This document shows, piece by piece, positions 41,903 through 55,300 of a stretch of 64,000 nt of DNA. Each line of letters begins with the position of its first letter. The first letter of the stretch is position 1. The notes under the pieces were generated by a model, which saw only the letters and a program-made list of their open reading frames with translations, was not told the origin of the DNA and ran no database searches. The position numbers and the translations under genes are program-made. The stretch comes from Trypanosoma brucei. Taxonomy: Eukaryota. Location of the stretch: contig AE017150.2 of assembly GCA_000002445.1 (NCBI GenBank), positions 384,001 through 448,000 on the forward strand. The letters run 5' to 3'.

Positions 41903-43069
41903 TTATTTACGTCGTCGGTTGTTGTGCCTCTTCGGCTGGCCACGGCTCGCATTATCGGAAGTCCCACTTCCACTACCTGTACGTTGATGATGTTGCTTGC
42001 TCTCCACCGTATGCTCCCCCCGTGGTAGTTTGGAATTACTAATCTCTTTGCGGATGAGCTGCATGAAGTTCGATTTGAAGCTATTTACTCCTTTTGGTGT
42101 CGAAATAATCGTCGTGTGCTTTTTTCCACCGCTTCCACGGATCCGAACGATACACTTCGTTGGAAGCACGTCAATCACCTGCTCGCCGTGGAGCAAATCT
42201 GCGCTGCTGCTGTTGGGAGTGAGGGCCAAAGTGTTGCTGTCCTGAGGAGCAAGCGGCTCCGCAATCTGAAAGTAAAACTTCGAAGGGACTTCCGCCGCCT
42301 CGGCCAGCACAGCTTCGGTGTTGTCTGTTTCTAACGGCAACGACTTGGAAAAGCGCCGCAATATGACATTCTCACGAGTGATGATGTCCGCCCATTGGTC
42401 CCTGTCATACACTGTCTCTGGCACTGCTGTGGTCATATCCGCCGCCCCCACTGCAGCGCTGCTCGAAATTGTGCTTTCAACCACCTGCTTTAGGCGCGCA
42501 CCGACGGGTTCACGCCGAAGAATTCCTGCCGCCACGTCGTATTGCTCGCGCAGGTATTCAAGACCCTCGTCGCTGTTCGGTCCGCTGCCATCCGGCAGGA
42601 GTAAACCGGCTTCCTGCGCTTGCTGCCATGCCGTCTGTACGTATGCCTCCGCTGCTTCCAGAGCTGCCAACCGCCGTTGTTCAGAGAGGCGCCCACGAAA
42701 GACTTTATTATGTTCCACAATGGCAGTCATGGAGGTGGTGGGTACACGTGTAAAACCCCCTTTTAACACTACCCACACTGTCCCACCGCGGGTTTTGCGC
42801 CGCGGCCCCCTCGTGCGTCGGCTTTTATCGCTACTGCTTTTCCCCTTCTTACCCTTCTTGCTGTTGCTCTCCTTTTTCTTGGGCTTCTTCTCGGATGCCT
42901 TGCCGGTTCTGGGCTTGCTCGGACTTGCGCTCCCTTCTTCAGTCCGAGCGGCCGCTCGCTTTATTACACGCTGCTCTCGTGCATTAGCGCGAGCCACGTG
43001 GAAAAGCCTACCCAATTCTTGGACCAAAACCTTCTCGTCCTGAAGGGTTCTCGCACCACCGCGCCGCAT
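41903..43069 (-). CDS. Hypothetical protein (388 aa) with highly basic Lys/Arg-rich termini (nuclear/nucleolar-type low complexity)
   Basis: It is an uninterrupted ORF. The N-terminal KKPKKKESNSKKGKKGKSSSDKSRRTRGPRRKTRGG and the C-terminal basic tail suggest a nucleic-acid-binding or nuclear protein. This is inference only. Confidence 0.5.
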   Translation of the reverse strand: MRRGGARTLQDEKVLVQELGRLFHVARANAREQRVIKRAAARTEEGSASPSKPRTGKASEKKPKKKESNSKKGKKGKSSSDKSRRTRGPRRKTRGGTVWVVLKGGFTRVPTTSMTAIVEHNKVFRGRLSEQRRLAALEAAEAYVQTAWQQAQEAGLLLPDGSGPNSDEGLEYLREQYDVAAGILRREPVGARLKQVVESTISSSAAVGAADMTTAVPETVYDRDQWADIITRENVILRRFSKSLPLETDNTEAVLAEAAEVPSKFYFQIAEPLAPQDSNTLALTPNSSSADLLHGEQVIDVLPTKCIVRIRGSGGKKHTTIISTPKGVNSFKSNFMQLIRKEISNSKLPRGEHTVESKQHHQRTGSGSGTSDNASRGQPKRHNNRRRK

Positions 43070-43698
43070 CTTCCTGGGCTACTAATGGAGCGCTTGTTTT
43101 TCTGCTCTTCCTTTTTTTTAATATAATTTTACTGTTGAGGTTCAAACGAAACAAGTAAATCGAAACGGAAGTATAAACATATGCACACACGTACATATAC
43201 ACATGCGTAAATTCATACGTTTTGTGTATGTGTGTGTGTGTGTGTGTTTTAAAGCACACTTTCGACCCTCGTAGCGCCCAGGACAGAGGAGAGTCGGAAC
43301 AGACGAGGTCCTCAAGCGCTTTTGGCTTTGAAGGAAACCGTAAATCAGTCAACAGAAAGTAAGCAGAAGAAAAGTATATGATTTTATTTTCTTTTGTAAT
43401 TTTCTTTGTACGTGTACAAATACGCACCCTTCAATAACGGTCGTTCTCACAACAAGTTGTACGAGCGTGTTGAAATTTACAAGTCATAAATGCGGCATCA
43501 TTTCACATCCGCAAGAAAAAAAAGTGGCATCGACATCTCACCTACAACTGGAAGTTCGTTCGCTGCTACTAACAGAGCGGATTCCCATGCGGCCGCTTAT
43601 GCTTTGCTCATTATGTATGGATTTTCATATTCTCCCAACTAGGTTAAACGGGAAGGCGGGAGGAAAAAAAAACAAATAAAAAGTCCCAACCGCCGCTA

Positions 43699-46600
43699 CT
43701 ACGCTGCGTAATGTTGCCTCGCAAACTTCAGCATATTGCAGAAGCGCACCTTCATCTCCGTTGAGAAGCGCCCCGGCTGCTGTTGCAGAGCTGATATAAA
43801 GCCCGTCGCTTCACTTTCACCCACCAACGGTGAAAATGTTTCATATAACATCACGGAAAGTGAAGCGTCTGCGGGGCCAAGTTTATTCATGAGTGCCTTT
43901 AGCAGGAGCCCAGTCTCGCCGATGAAAAGAAGGCTCTTCGCGTCCTTGAGGTCGAAGGTAGGGGAAAACATCCGAGCAAATACAACGCGCAAAGCATCAT
44001 TTAGCATGAACTTCATCCATGCTTCACCAGCAGCTCCAGTGCTTCCTTGACTACAGTCGTTGCGAAGAGGGTGGCGGCCAGCGCCGCTGCTTTCATTGTT
44101 CGTACAACATGGTTCAACGGTGGCTGTGACCTTCGTCATGATTTGAAGCGCAATCTTCGGTAGTTCCGTTTCTCCAGGAAGTTGAATTGCCGTGAGAAGC
44201 TGAACTAACAAGGCATTGAGATTGACAGACGGGAGAAAAAGAATGACGTGCGCACACTGTGCTTGCGCAGCACCATGAACGACGGCAAATAGCTGTCGAT
44301 ACACATCTCGCTGTTCCCGCATGGTTTCCGACACAATATCTGATTGATCATCCTCAGCGGAGAGTTCACCCACGGCACTAACTTTCTCGAGCAGAGGCGG
44401 CATAAGTTGCGAGAGTATTTCTGCCACGCAGGGGCCACTTCGGTGAATAAACTGAAGAAGGAACCGTAGGAGTTTGATCAACTCTTGTACCGCTTCCATC
44501 CACATCAACCAGTTGCTAGTGTACACAGGAACATACACCTTCATGGAGTCGAAGGGAAGTAGATGAGCCATTTGTGTGAAGTACTGCACTATACGGTCTC
44601 GTACGGATGGAGACGCGTGCCATGTACTGAATACTTCCATTACATCGGATGTAACGTTATGAAATACCTCAGCCACCACTGCCTCACCGGTGGATTCCGA
44701 AACCGAATTACCGTCTGTAGCATTATTAATTTTAATACTTTCGCTACATGCGTTGCTTCCGCTGCCGCTACTGTTTTTATTAGGGGAGGTATAAGTTGCG
44801 TTATTTACTGCGGCGCCACTACCGCTACTACCACCACCACCACCACCACGGAGCCCCTTCACCAGGGCTGTGAGAAATGATATCCCGTCCGCCACCGCCT
44901 CGGCGCAAGCGATGTTACCTACGACGGAGGCATCCCGAAGGTTTTGCCTCACGACTTGAACGACATGAAGCGTCATGGCCGTTCCTTCCGTTGCACCAGC
45001 AGCGGGTAACTGCGGCACTGTGCTCAGTAAAATTCCAATGGCCTCGTATAAATCCCGCCGGTTGCTGGGTAGGAGGTACTCCGTAGCGGCGAGGATACGT
45101 TGAAGTGCAGTAATGATATCTTGCACATGTGGCACCAAGGATGACTTGAGCACCTGCACGAGGTGACCAAATAAGTAACAAATTCGGGCGCGCACGTTCG
45201 GACTCGAGTTCATAACGCCATGTGGCATAAGCAGCAGTCGTTGAAGAAGTAGTGGTATGTAATTCCTATGGTACGTGAAAAAGACGCAGTAACGGTCCAA
45301 AACCTCGAAATAGCTTACGTGTACAACAGAGCAGGTATGCTGTGGAAGGTGCTCTGAGGTGAGCACAGCGAATATGAGTTGAGCAAACTCATTGGAGCTG
45401 TCCCGGAGTTGCTCCATGCGAAAGGATTCACCTAATTCATACAAGTAGCGCAGTGCAGCCTCAGCCTCTTCCGGGCTGCTAGCCGTATTGCTGCTGCCGC
45501 CTACAGCCGCACTAATCCCTTCACAGTTGAGGCCTCTCCCATTGCTAATGTTATCAATTCCATGCGACTTTAAATCCTTGTCCTGCCCCATCACTCCGGT
45601 CTGACCGAAACCTTCAGCAGAAGTGGTCGTTGGATCGGAGGCGCTACTAGCGGCTCGCGCAACGACTTCCCGAAGATGCGGCATTACAACTGCAGGATGA
45701 TCCCTAAACAACAGCCGCATTATGTTGTGCATCTGCTTGCGGCGGTCGATGATGTCATCCATCCAAAAAGGTTCCTCATTCTCTGCCACGCCTCCTATGA
45801 CCGTGTGGTCGTAAAGTGCACGAAGGAGCTGTGCTGCCTGCTCCTCACGCAGAGCAGAGGACTTGATATACATTTGGATGAATGGAATAAGTGTATCCAC
45901 AACAACGTCGTGACGAATGCTTAGCAGTCGCAACAATTCCGGAACAACAACATCTAACGCTACTTGAACCTCACCAAGGAACTCCACAGACAGGTGACCA
46001 TCAGGAACGAAATATGAGTGTTGTTGCTGTTGGCGCCCCTGAAAGTTCCTGCAATCCACGTTGGTGCAATCGATGCCACCTTCTGCATCTAAGCTTTCCG
46101 TGCTCCTCACACAGCTGAGTGAGGGTGGAGACGTAGCTGTTTCCGCGCTGCTGCTATTGTGGCTCATATTCGCATGGTTTCCACGAGCGCCACTCACTCC
46201 ACCCCAACTGGCGTAGTTGTTGCGGTTGCTAGTGATGTGTTCATAAAGCGACAGGAACTGCATAGACACCTCCCGCACCAGTTTCGCCACCGATTCTGTA
46301 AAGTTCACATCTTCATCACTCTCTGGCGGTGCAGGTACTAAACTTACAACTCGTGGTACCGCGTCCACGACGTTGAGCTTACGCAGTGACTCTAACTTCG
46401 CAGCGGATACTTGCTTCTTTTCTACTAACCCACACAGACACTCACATGCAGCACCGCGAACGGTATCTGCCGAGAGCATAAAGTACAGCAGGTTGATCCA
46501 CTCCGCGGTAAAGAAGAGGGAGATGTCGACCCATTCAATGTAGGTTTGCACGATGCTCATGCAAATATTTGCCAGTTCAGGCACCCGCTGTCGGCACTCA

Positions 46601-47358
46601 CATAACGTTGCATGCCAAAATGCAGTAGCACGAGGAATGACATGTTCTCGCATGGCATCCTTTAACTCCATGTCGCGCGCTCTTTGATCGCGGCTTCTAT
46701 CACTTCGCTCGCGCACTGAGACGACGCGTTCATCAATATATTCAAACAGCCGCAATATGTACAAAGTTACAGAATCGCGAATATGTTGCTGAAGGGATGC
46801 GCCACGGTTGATGAGCTCAAATGCATCATCAAAGAATGAACGCCAGCGAGACGGGAAGAACTCTTGCAATCCAGCCACCATCATTTGGGCGTGCTTATTC
46901 GCAAGGTAGTCGATAGACTGCCGTTGCCGCGTGCCTGTGGCAACACCGCTCAGAACGGTGCAGTTAACCGTAGAAGAGGAAGTTGCCGTAAGGCCTATTA
47001 ACGACGCACCTGACACTGAGGTTGGCGCGTTGGATGAAAAAAAGTAGCGGTAGATAAATGAGAAGAGTGTTTTGTAGAGTTCCTCCGCCTTGGTATCATC
47101 AACATCACGCGCAATGCGAGGAAGATGATGCATGATGGTGTTGAATGCCCAAAAACAGCACGTGTCCTGCACCGGCTCGCTATTGATGATACCAAATGCT
47201 AAGTTAAGTCCATCGGCTGTGACACGCAGTTCCATGAGATACTGCTCTGCCTCTTGCCGTTGCTGCTGCGTTACACCAGGCTGATACGTGTGGGTGAGCT
47301 CCATCGCCTGCGTGAAACTCTCCATTGAGAACACAATAGGGGAGCTCAGTTGCGACAT
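43699..47358 (-). CDS. Exportin-T-like karyopherin (tRNA exportin, Los1/XPOT family), 1219 aa
   Basis: The N-terminal importin-beta-like region has collinear matches to human XPOT: LKDAMREHVIPRATAFWHATL ~ IKDTMREQCIPNLVESWYQIL; IVQTYIEWVDISLFFTAEWINLLYFML ~ VVGAYVSWIDLSLIANDRFINMLLGHM; VRGAACECLCGLVEKK ~ LREEACDCLFEVVNKG. The rest is a HEAT-like helical repeat body. The ORF is larger than metazoan XPOT because of low-complexity inserts. Confidence 0.7.
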   Translation of the reverse strand: MSQLSSPIVFSMESFTQAMELTHTYQPGVTQQQRQEAEQYLMELRVTADGLNLAFGIINSEPVQDTCCFWAFNTIMHHLPRIARDVDDTKAEELYKTLFSFIYRYFFSSNAPTSVSGASLIGLTATSSSTVNCTVLSGVATGTRQRQSIDYLANKHAQMMVAGLQEFFPSRWRSFFDDAFELINRGASLQQHIRDSVTLYILRLFEYIDERVVSVRERSDRSRDQRARDMELKDAMREHVIPRATAFWHATLCECRQRVPELANICMSIVQTYIEWVDISLFFTAEWINLLYFMLSADTVRGAACECLCGLVEKKQVSAAKLESLRKLNVVDAVPRVVSLVPAPPESDEDVNFTESVAKLVREVSMQFLSLYEHITSNRNNYASWGGVSGARGNHANMSHNSSSAETATSPPSLSCVRSTESLDAEGGIDCTNVDCRNFQGRQQQQHSYFVPDGHLSVEFLGEVQVALDVVVPELLRLLSIRHDVVVDTLIPFIQMYIKSSALREEQAAQLLRALYDHTVIGGVAENEEPFWMDDIIDRRKQMHNIMRLLFRDHPAVVMPHLREVVARAASSASDPTTTSAEGFGQTGVMGQDKDLKSHGIDNISNGRGLNCEGISAAVGGSSNTASSPEEAEAALRYLYELGESFRMEQLRDSSNEFAQLIFAVLTSEHLPQHTCSVVHVSYFEVLDRYCVFFTYHRNYIPLLLQRLLLMPHGVMNSSPNVRARICYLFGHLVQVLKSSLVPHVQDIITALQRILAATEYLLPSNRRDLYEAIGILLSTVPQLPAAGATEGTAMTLHVVQVVRQNLRDASVVGNIACAEAVADGISFLTALVKGLRGGGGGGSSGSGAAVNNATYTSPNKNSSGSGSNACSESIKINNATDGNSVSESTGEAVVAEVFHNVTSDVMEVFSTWHASPSVRDRIVQYFTQMAHLLPFDSMKVYVPVYTSNWLMWMEAVQELIKLLRFLLQFIHRSGPCVAEILSQLMPPLLEKVSAVGELSAEDDQSDIVSETMREQRDVYRQLFAVVHGAAQAQCAHVILFLPSVNLNALLVQLLTAIQLPGETELPKIALQIMTKVTATVEPCCTNNESSGAGRHPLRNDCSQGSTGAAGEAWMKFMLNDALRVVFARMFSPTFDLKDAKSLLFIGETGLLLKALMNKLGPADASLSVMLYETFSPLVGESEATGFISALQQQPGRFSTEMKVRFCNMLKFARQHYAA

Positions 47359-47825
47359 TTATATTTTCCCCTTTCTTTTCGTTTTTGCTTGCTCAGAATC
47401 CTAAAAAGACTACCCTAAAGGCACACGAACCACTAACGACCGTTCCAACTGATATGTATATATATAAATATATATAACTATATATATACACACTGCCAAA
47501 GGTAACGCGTGCAATGTGACAATAAGAGAGGTGGAGCGCTCCTTGCTCTTTCCGTCCCCCTCTTTATATATATATATATATATATATTATTTTAGCCGCT
47601 TGATACTTAATTTCTTCTTTTTCTTTCCTTTTGTCCTGCGCTTAATATACCTGTTTATATTTCCTTAAAAGAGAAACCCTTAATTTTAGATTTACAAAAT
47701 TCTACGTTTCCTCTTTTTTTTTTATTTTTTACTTTACTCCTCTTCCGTCCGGTGGTTCAGCCCCACGGTGCCCCTGGGCGACGTGGTGTCCTTTCCCCCT
47801 TCGTTGAAGAATACACTTCAGCAAA

Positions 47826-47907
47826 TGGAAACAAAAACAAATACCAAAAAGAAAGAGAGAAAGAAAAAAAATAGAAAAGAGAAATACGATAAAAGATAAA
47901 AAAAATA
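47826..47907 (-). promoter_or_regulatory. Candidate long polypyrimidine tract (mRNA sense) for trans-splicing of the exportin-T mRNA and polyadenylation of the upstream ATM mRNA
   Basis: The plus strand is ~80 nt of almost pure A/G (AAACAAAAACAAATACCAAAAAGAAAGAGAGAAAGAAAAAAAATAGAAAAGAGAAATACGATAAAAGATAAAAAAAATA). This gives a CT tract on the transcribed strand ~470 nt upstream of the exportin ATG. Confidence 0.35.
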
Positions 47908-49364
47908 TACACACACACGAATAAATAAATAAATATATATATAATAATAATAATGAATAAAATAATTAACTTCCACGGGTACTCTCTTTTTCCATAAATG
48001 CGGTTCTGATGATGATGATGATGATGATAGAGTAGCACTAGTACTAGTAGCTCACAGTTCACGAAGAACGGCACCAGAGAGACAATGCGATTAATAAAGA
48101 AAAAAAAAGAGAAGCGAATTAAAAAAAAAAGAAAAAAGGAAGTCAACCCGAGCACATATTATGAATGACGAAAAACTGAGTGTGGGTCGCTGTAGAGGAT
48201 ATACACACAATTAAGCCTGCAAAAAAAGAGGGGGAGGGGGGGGAGTTGAAATTCTTTTTTTTTAAAAGATTAAAAAGGAGAAAAAAACATAAGAGTTTAT
48301 CGGACAGTCATCAGAAAAAAAAACATAATTCCGCGGCATCGCAGGGAATAAGGGATGAAAAGGAGTCACGTAATACTAACAAAGGCAACGCAGACACAGA
48401 AAAGGGCAGCAACGGCAACGAAAGCAGTAATAAACAGTTTTTTTTTCCTTTTTGGTGCGACGAGGCGTAAGAAAACAAGGGGGAGAAAAAAAGATAAAGG
48501 CATAAACAAAACAAAACAAAAACCAAAACACACACACACACACAAACATACTTCAGCTTCCGCCTTCCTTTGCCATTTCCTTTTATTTGTTACTTGCGAA
48601 TACCGTTACACACAAACTCTCTCTCTTTCTTTTTCTTTCTCACTCTCACACACACGCACGTGCTCTTTTTATTTTTATTTTTTCCCTTTCACACAACCGT
48701 CATCTCACTTTAGTACGCATGGCACAATCGGGAAGCTTCTGCTCGTGACACATTGTGTTCAACCCCGTAGACGGTCCGCTGCGTGCGCATATAGAGCTAA
48801 GAGCACATGGACACAAACTAAGCCAATAGAATAAACAAAAATAACAGTAAAAAAAGAAGAGGAGGGGAAGGGAGGGAGTTGTGAAAAAAAAAATGATGTA
48901 ACCCTCTATTTCCCTCCATTCTATTTTCGTTTCTTTTTTTTTTTCTTAAAAAAAAGTTTTGGGTAGTAGGAGGATGCATTACTTAGATAAAACTATTTAC
49001 TAATCCCTTTTTTCAGGAACCTTCTTCCAATCCCTGCGTACGGCAAACTAAGTTTCTTCTCTTCTCTTCTTTTGTTTTCATTTCTTTTCCTCTTCTTGCT
49101 TTGTCTCCTATGAGCTGCACAAGGAACTTTCCACACTGAAACATGCAAGAACACAAACAAGCGTGAACACGCCCGTTTGTTTAACTAAGTACATGTGCAA
49201 GGACTTTTTACTTCACAACGTGAGCCAATCATCACCAACTGAACCACCACCATAACGGACAAAGGAAAAAAAAAAAGCAACAATAACAAAAAACAACAAC
49301 AACACAAGAAAGTGCAGTCCATTGAACAACCAAACGCGTAATGGACGCATAATAATAATAATAA

Positions 49365-52300
49365 TCACAGCCAAGGTGACCAGCCGTGAAACATTTGGGC
49401 CAACAGTTCCGTGTTCTGCGCTGTTTGGAGTAACTTCTGTACATGCGTGCGCACGCTGAGCAATTCGCCAGATTCGTAGCCTTGAATTTTTTCCATTACA
49501 CGGGAAAGTACCCGCTCTGCATCGGCGTATGTTGGCTTCTTTCGGTGCACACCCACGCCTTGCTGCCGTGCTGAGTTGGCGCCACTACCGTTACTGTCCT
49601 GTTCATCTTGTTGAGCATTCTGCTGCTGCTGCTGCTGCTGTTGCGGGGGTATAATTGAAACTGCCCAACGAGAAAGCGGGTCATGCGCACAGGCTGCGAG
49701 AATTGTGGTAAAAAACTCCTTCTGCCCGCGAAGTAGTTGAAGTGCGGCTTGGCAGTGGTGGCGGAACGGTCCCTCCGTCCCCTGCACACCAAAGCCATCA
49801 ACAATATTACGGGTTAGTCTAAAGGGAACCAACTCCGGCACGTGCAACAACTTTCCTTGATCAAAGGCGAAACCAAGGTCAATGTGCACCAACTCAGCGC
49901 GACCCACGTGGAGGAGTAAATTGTTGGCATGACGGTCGCCAAGGCCGAGTATGTAGCCGAGCATGCTTGATGCCGCCACACTACGGGTGTACGCTTCCCG
50001 CCGCTGCAACCACTCCTGCGGTGTAAAGAAATGCTCAAGGAAGAAATAATGGAGGGCGGGACTGAACTCTGCATAGAGGGAGAGTAGCACAGCGTGCTTT
50101 TGCGTTTTGCTTGCCTCATTGAGGCGCGCTCGACACACTTTCGAGGTGATTTCAGTGGGAAAGTACCGCTCATGAGCACCGGTAGGGTTCTTACTGCTGC
50201 TACTGTTTAAGTAACGGTCCAGTGGTATGGTACCATCCACCCACTCAATCAACCCAACGGTTGGGGCAAGGGGTACAACATTGTAGGTATATATGTGGAG
50301 TTGCCGCGTTAAGGGGTGCTTCTCAAACAAGGCATTTGATAAGCCAAACACTTGCTGAATTAGAGAATCTTGACGAAGATCATCCTGAGATTTAAGCAAC
50401 TGCTGGACTGTGCGACCATCACTTAACACACAGCGGAGCACCTTTGGAACGTTAATCCCCCCAGGCGTTCTGAAAGTGCTCTTGTACTTCATAACTCGCG
50501 GCACTTGAGCCCGTTGCTCATCTTGCTCGTGCCTCAGTAGGGACGCTGACAGCGCAGAGTTAGTCGCGGGAACAGTCAGCGTGGGAGGCGGGATAGAAAG
50601 ATCTTGCAGCGCGTCGCTGATAAGCATAAAAGTTTTCGGAATATTGCACTCCACATTGTCAGCAGCATCTGCGCGGTGAAAGGCCAGTTGTATATAGGCT
50701 TCGGAAAGGCTCTCTGCATCAGTGATAAACTTCCTTCGGCACTCAAATGCAGAGGCGTCCTCTGCGTCATTACTTGTTTTCTTACTGCTGCCGGTGCTCT
50801 TACTTTTCCCCCAAGGTTGTGCACTCGGTTCTTTAAGGGAAGTTAGAATACGTCTGGCGATAGCAACTTTTTCCTCATCTACCACATGCACAACTCCACC
50901 ACTGGAGGCACCTTTACCTCCGGTGTCTCCCACACCTGGGCCAAACACATGTCCATTCGCAAGCGCAAGAAGCGGCCATACGGCACGTAGTGGCTGCTCC
51001 GTTGCAACTCGGTGCACCAATGTTTCAAGGTTTTTATTATCTAAAGACGTGCCCAGTTGCGCCACCAGCTGTGAGTAAAGGGGAAGAAACTTGTGCAGAG
51101 GCGTGTTGCTTATGGCCTTCGATATGACGTTGTCCGTAGCGGGAGAGGTGTCTTTTCGCACATAGCTTTCATCTTGATGTAACCACAGTGACACAAAACC
51201 AAACACCGCGAGGATGTCATTATCATCACCATCATGTCCACTCAGTTGCAAGAACCGCGAGTAGCCATTCAGTGCACTTCGCCTGTACAGAGCGTAAGAT
51301 TCCGCTTCCTCCACAAACTCCCTCTCATCACAAGCATGCTCTGCAATGAGGCCTGAAATACGGCGCCGCAAAAGATTCTTCTCCTCTCTGCTCACCCCAG
51401 ATTTGGATAGTTGCTCTTGTTTTTGCTGCAGCTCGGTGCGTGTGTGGATCAAGCTCTCCATACTTTTTTGCATTGTGCGATAATTGTAACTGCGTAGCCG
51501 CTCGGCAATGTCACGTGTGAGAGTATGACATAACCTGGCTAGTTGCAGGCTGCAATATCCAGTCCGGTCGTCAATGGCGCATCGAGTAAAGAAGGGATCA
51601 CGCACTATCTGTGAAAGGGGAACCAGTCGAGCCTCGGTAACCCAAGCAACGAGCTGCAAAACGACAGGTGGCATCAGCGAAGGATTCTTTGGAAATGATA
51701 GTCCAGGCACACCCACAGCAAAAGGAGAAAGGAACGAAAACTGTGGATCTCCAGAAGCTCGTACCTGCGGAGAAGCTGGCGACGGTGCTGCAATGTTCTG
51801 AAGAATAGCAATTGCGCGATGTGGGTAGCCGCAAGCAAACTCCGCACGGGCATGTACGAGAGCTATAAGAACGGAGGCTGGTAAACCACATGAGCTCGTG
51901 GCGGCCTGCAGTACGGGCTTCAGGTTGCAATCCGGGCCGTTCGAGCCATGTGCCTCAACACTACCACCGCCAACACCGCCATCAACCACTGTTGAGAGCT
52001 CTGCGTAGGACGAAACCCATTGCCGAACCAAAAGCGGTTTGTTCGAGCACAGTGCTCGCTCACTGCATACTTCCAGATGCGTAAGCCACCACTGTGGTTG
52101 TTTACAGACAACACAGAGTTGCTGTTGCACGCTGTCCAGAAGTTGAAGTTCGTCATACGGCAGACGCACGTGCGCGAGGGAAGTGCCAACCCATCGTGGA
52201 GGTCTTGCGGAACCCACTCGAATTTCATGCTTACCGCAGTCCTCAATTTGCTGCAAAGCTTCCGCCCGCAACATTATATACCGCCAGTTCGAGGGATTAA

Positions 52301-55300
52301 GCTGTCGAAGCAGATGCTGCTGCGCCTGCGCACACCAACGGTGGGCGTCATGTCGATCGCCACGCCTCACACACTGTAGGGCATGATAAATGCCTTCGTC
52401 GACCGTAACAGTGGTCGGCAGCAACAAATCATGGAGTTTCCGCTGTTGCTGATAGCCATCTTCTTGTAGAAACCTCAAGTCCCACCGCCCACTCCGCCAG
52501 AGAGCACCGGCTAACGCAGCCCGCAACTGCATACACTCATTTTCATGTCTTTCTTCTTCCTCAGTTGCGTCCTGGACTGGTTGTTGAATATGATCATTAC
52601 TTCCTGTAACAACGCCAAAAAATGAGGTGTGAAACTTCCTCTTGAGAGCGGAAGCCAGTAGGTGCAGGGCGGTCCCCGGATCCCCAAGATGAAGCAGTGC
52701 GTTCGCCTTCTCAATCACAATACGTGCATCCAAAATGCTGGTCTGGTAATCACGGCTCGAGTTGTTGGAAACAGGGTGCTCCAGGCGGTCAAGCAAACAT
52801 AGTACAGCCTGCCAGTTACCTCGGCTCTTCTCCTGCTCAATTCGACGCATGGGGTGTTGCAGAAGAAACGCCTCTTCCCATGGCGTTGTGTGTTCTTCAG
52901 CTGCGGCACCCGTTTGGGCGGGCATGGCTAACCTTGATGCTGCCCCCGTGCCGCCCACGGCGCTGGCGCTTGTTAGAGTGGGTTTGGAACTTGCGCTTGC
53001 TGAAGCAGGGAGGTCGTCATAGTTGCCCTCACGAAGACGCAGAGCCTCCTTCACATCCACAAGAATGGCATGAACTGCAGACCGGAAATTGAAGAGACGT
53101 AGGGCTAACTCCGCCTGTGCCACATCGGCCCGCAACTGCCGCGGTCGACCATCGGAAGCCCCACGTCGGCACACATCAGGATTAACAGACGGGAAGAGTA
53201 CTGAGGTCTCCTTTTGCTTGTGTGCATCAGCGGATAAACCGCGCGTAGATGCAGCAGAAATATCAGGGACAGTGGACGGAATTCCCTTTCGTCGACCAAG
53301 GAGTGACTCGCCGCTGAGCTCTGTGAATAGAACAGCCAAATGAGGTTCATGACAAGCCGCAGCGGCTGCGGCTAGGGTAAGTGGGTCAATGTCTGAAAGC
53401 CAATATGAATCCTTCATGTCATTTATCTCCGGTGGATCACCGTATTCACTACGCACGTACGGCGGGAATGTTATACCTCCCGCCACCTCCGCAGCGCCAC
53501 GCCCCTCCGGCAATGCAAATTGTCCGCGTTGATTGTAATCTGATGCGTCCGACCGTACACCGCGGCTTCGAACTGCTGTCATGATCACAGATCGGCAGAT
53601 ATTCAATGCGCGCAGGAATAGGCGGGTGGTATGTGGAAACTGTTGCGCTCGCTTGAATAGACACTCCTCCAGTCGACCGGACCACGTAGCCCGCTCCTCG
53701 CGTTGTACTGAGGTCTCTTTCAGTAGTATAACATGAAGCAACGTTATGGGAAGGAATCCTTCAATAAACCACGTAAGACTGCTATTTCCCCCGGTGATGC
53801 CCTTTGGGGTGATTTGCACGGGCAGTAACATACAGTTCAGCACCGTGGAGATGGTGCCCAAACGCTCTTGCAGCTTGTATTGGCGAATGATTGCTATGAG
53901 AAACAAACGCAGAAAACGTGGTTCATCTTCATGCAGCTGGAGTGCGTCCCACACCAACGAACTTCTGAGGGAGTTAAGTTGTTCGACTGCCCCGTCAGTA
54001 CGAACTGCGCTGATGTTTCGTGGAATGCTGCTCAGCTCCCGGCAAAATACCGCCAAATCCCCGAGACTGACAAACGAGTTCGTCCACTCCAAGTGTTGAT
54101 TCCCCCTGTTATGACGAGTCTGCCGCTGTTCCTCTCCGTCTTTTTCAAATAATTGTAGTGTCCGTCTAATGAGTGTGGCACTCCCTCCAACTTTTCGGCG
54201 TGACCTGACCGGTGCCTCATCCGCATCGTTGGCATCTGACAAAGCCTCCACTTTGACGGTAGCTCCTTCACTAAATGGATCACCCTCATTTATGCTTTTG
54301 CCATCCTCTTTTTTGATGCTGGTGAGCCACCCACGAAGTGTAGTGGATGCAATGTGGGCATTACATGCATCGGCATCGAATGAAAGTCGGTAGAGTTGCT
54401 CAAGGTGCTGACGGTAGACGTGATGTAGAGCCTCATCCAGTGAGCGTTGCTGCAACAGGCTGTGGATGTCTGCTGTCGGAGAAAATAATGACTCCACACA
54501 ACTCTCGCATCCAGACTCGATGAAGCACCAGCAAATTGCACGAAGAAGATGAAACGCACTCAACTGAGCATCACGGTTTGTTGTCTGAAACACTGTGACA
54601 GGCGCCGCAACTGCCACTGGAGAGACACCTACAGCTACAGTGGTCTGTGCAGATTGTCCAGCGGTATCAGAACACACCACTGTGAGCAAATGTTGCACTG
54701 CTCGACAACACGTGTTGTAGGCAACGCTGGCTGTTTTAATGGTGACATTTTCCGTGGAGTTGGGCACTCTCTGCGAACCCGCCCCGGAGAGCCGCAGCCG
54801 CTGTTGTTCGTTAAGTCTGTACAGGCGAATGAGTGCCACGAAAGCCTCCCTGTCACGATCCACAGCAGATGCGACATCATCATAAAAAGAGGAGGCTGGT
54901 GCTCCAGAGACGAGAATGACGTTCTCAAGTTGCGATAGCACGCGCGCTACACGACGTGCCGGCCCCTTTGCGCTAACCCCGGAGCTGTTGGCCATGTCTG
55001 CTTGGTCCTGTTGACGAACCTCGTCTTGCTGTTGTTCGACACCAATACTTTTTGACACGGCCACTTCCTCCTCTTCATTATCAACGTTTATGAACTCAAC
55101 AGGTGTATCGGCACAACTGCCCTGCGACGCCCTCCGCGAGCGTTTCATGGCGTCCCATGTTGACGACACCACTCGCGACTCTTCTGTCAACGATGACATA
55201 ATGGTGGAGATGAACGCTTCATCTGCTGCAGCTCCGATACAAACTGCCGAGGGTGCGGTTGCGGGCGTAGTGACAACAACTGACCACACATGTAGCAGCA

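Noticed and set aside
42318-43043. 241-aa plus-strand ORF antisense to the 388-aa gene, and the many antisense ORFs inside ATM/exportin
   Set aside because: These are GC-rich antisense frames of long genes. The polycistron orientation and homology support only the minus-strand genes.
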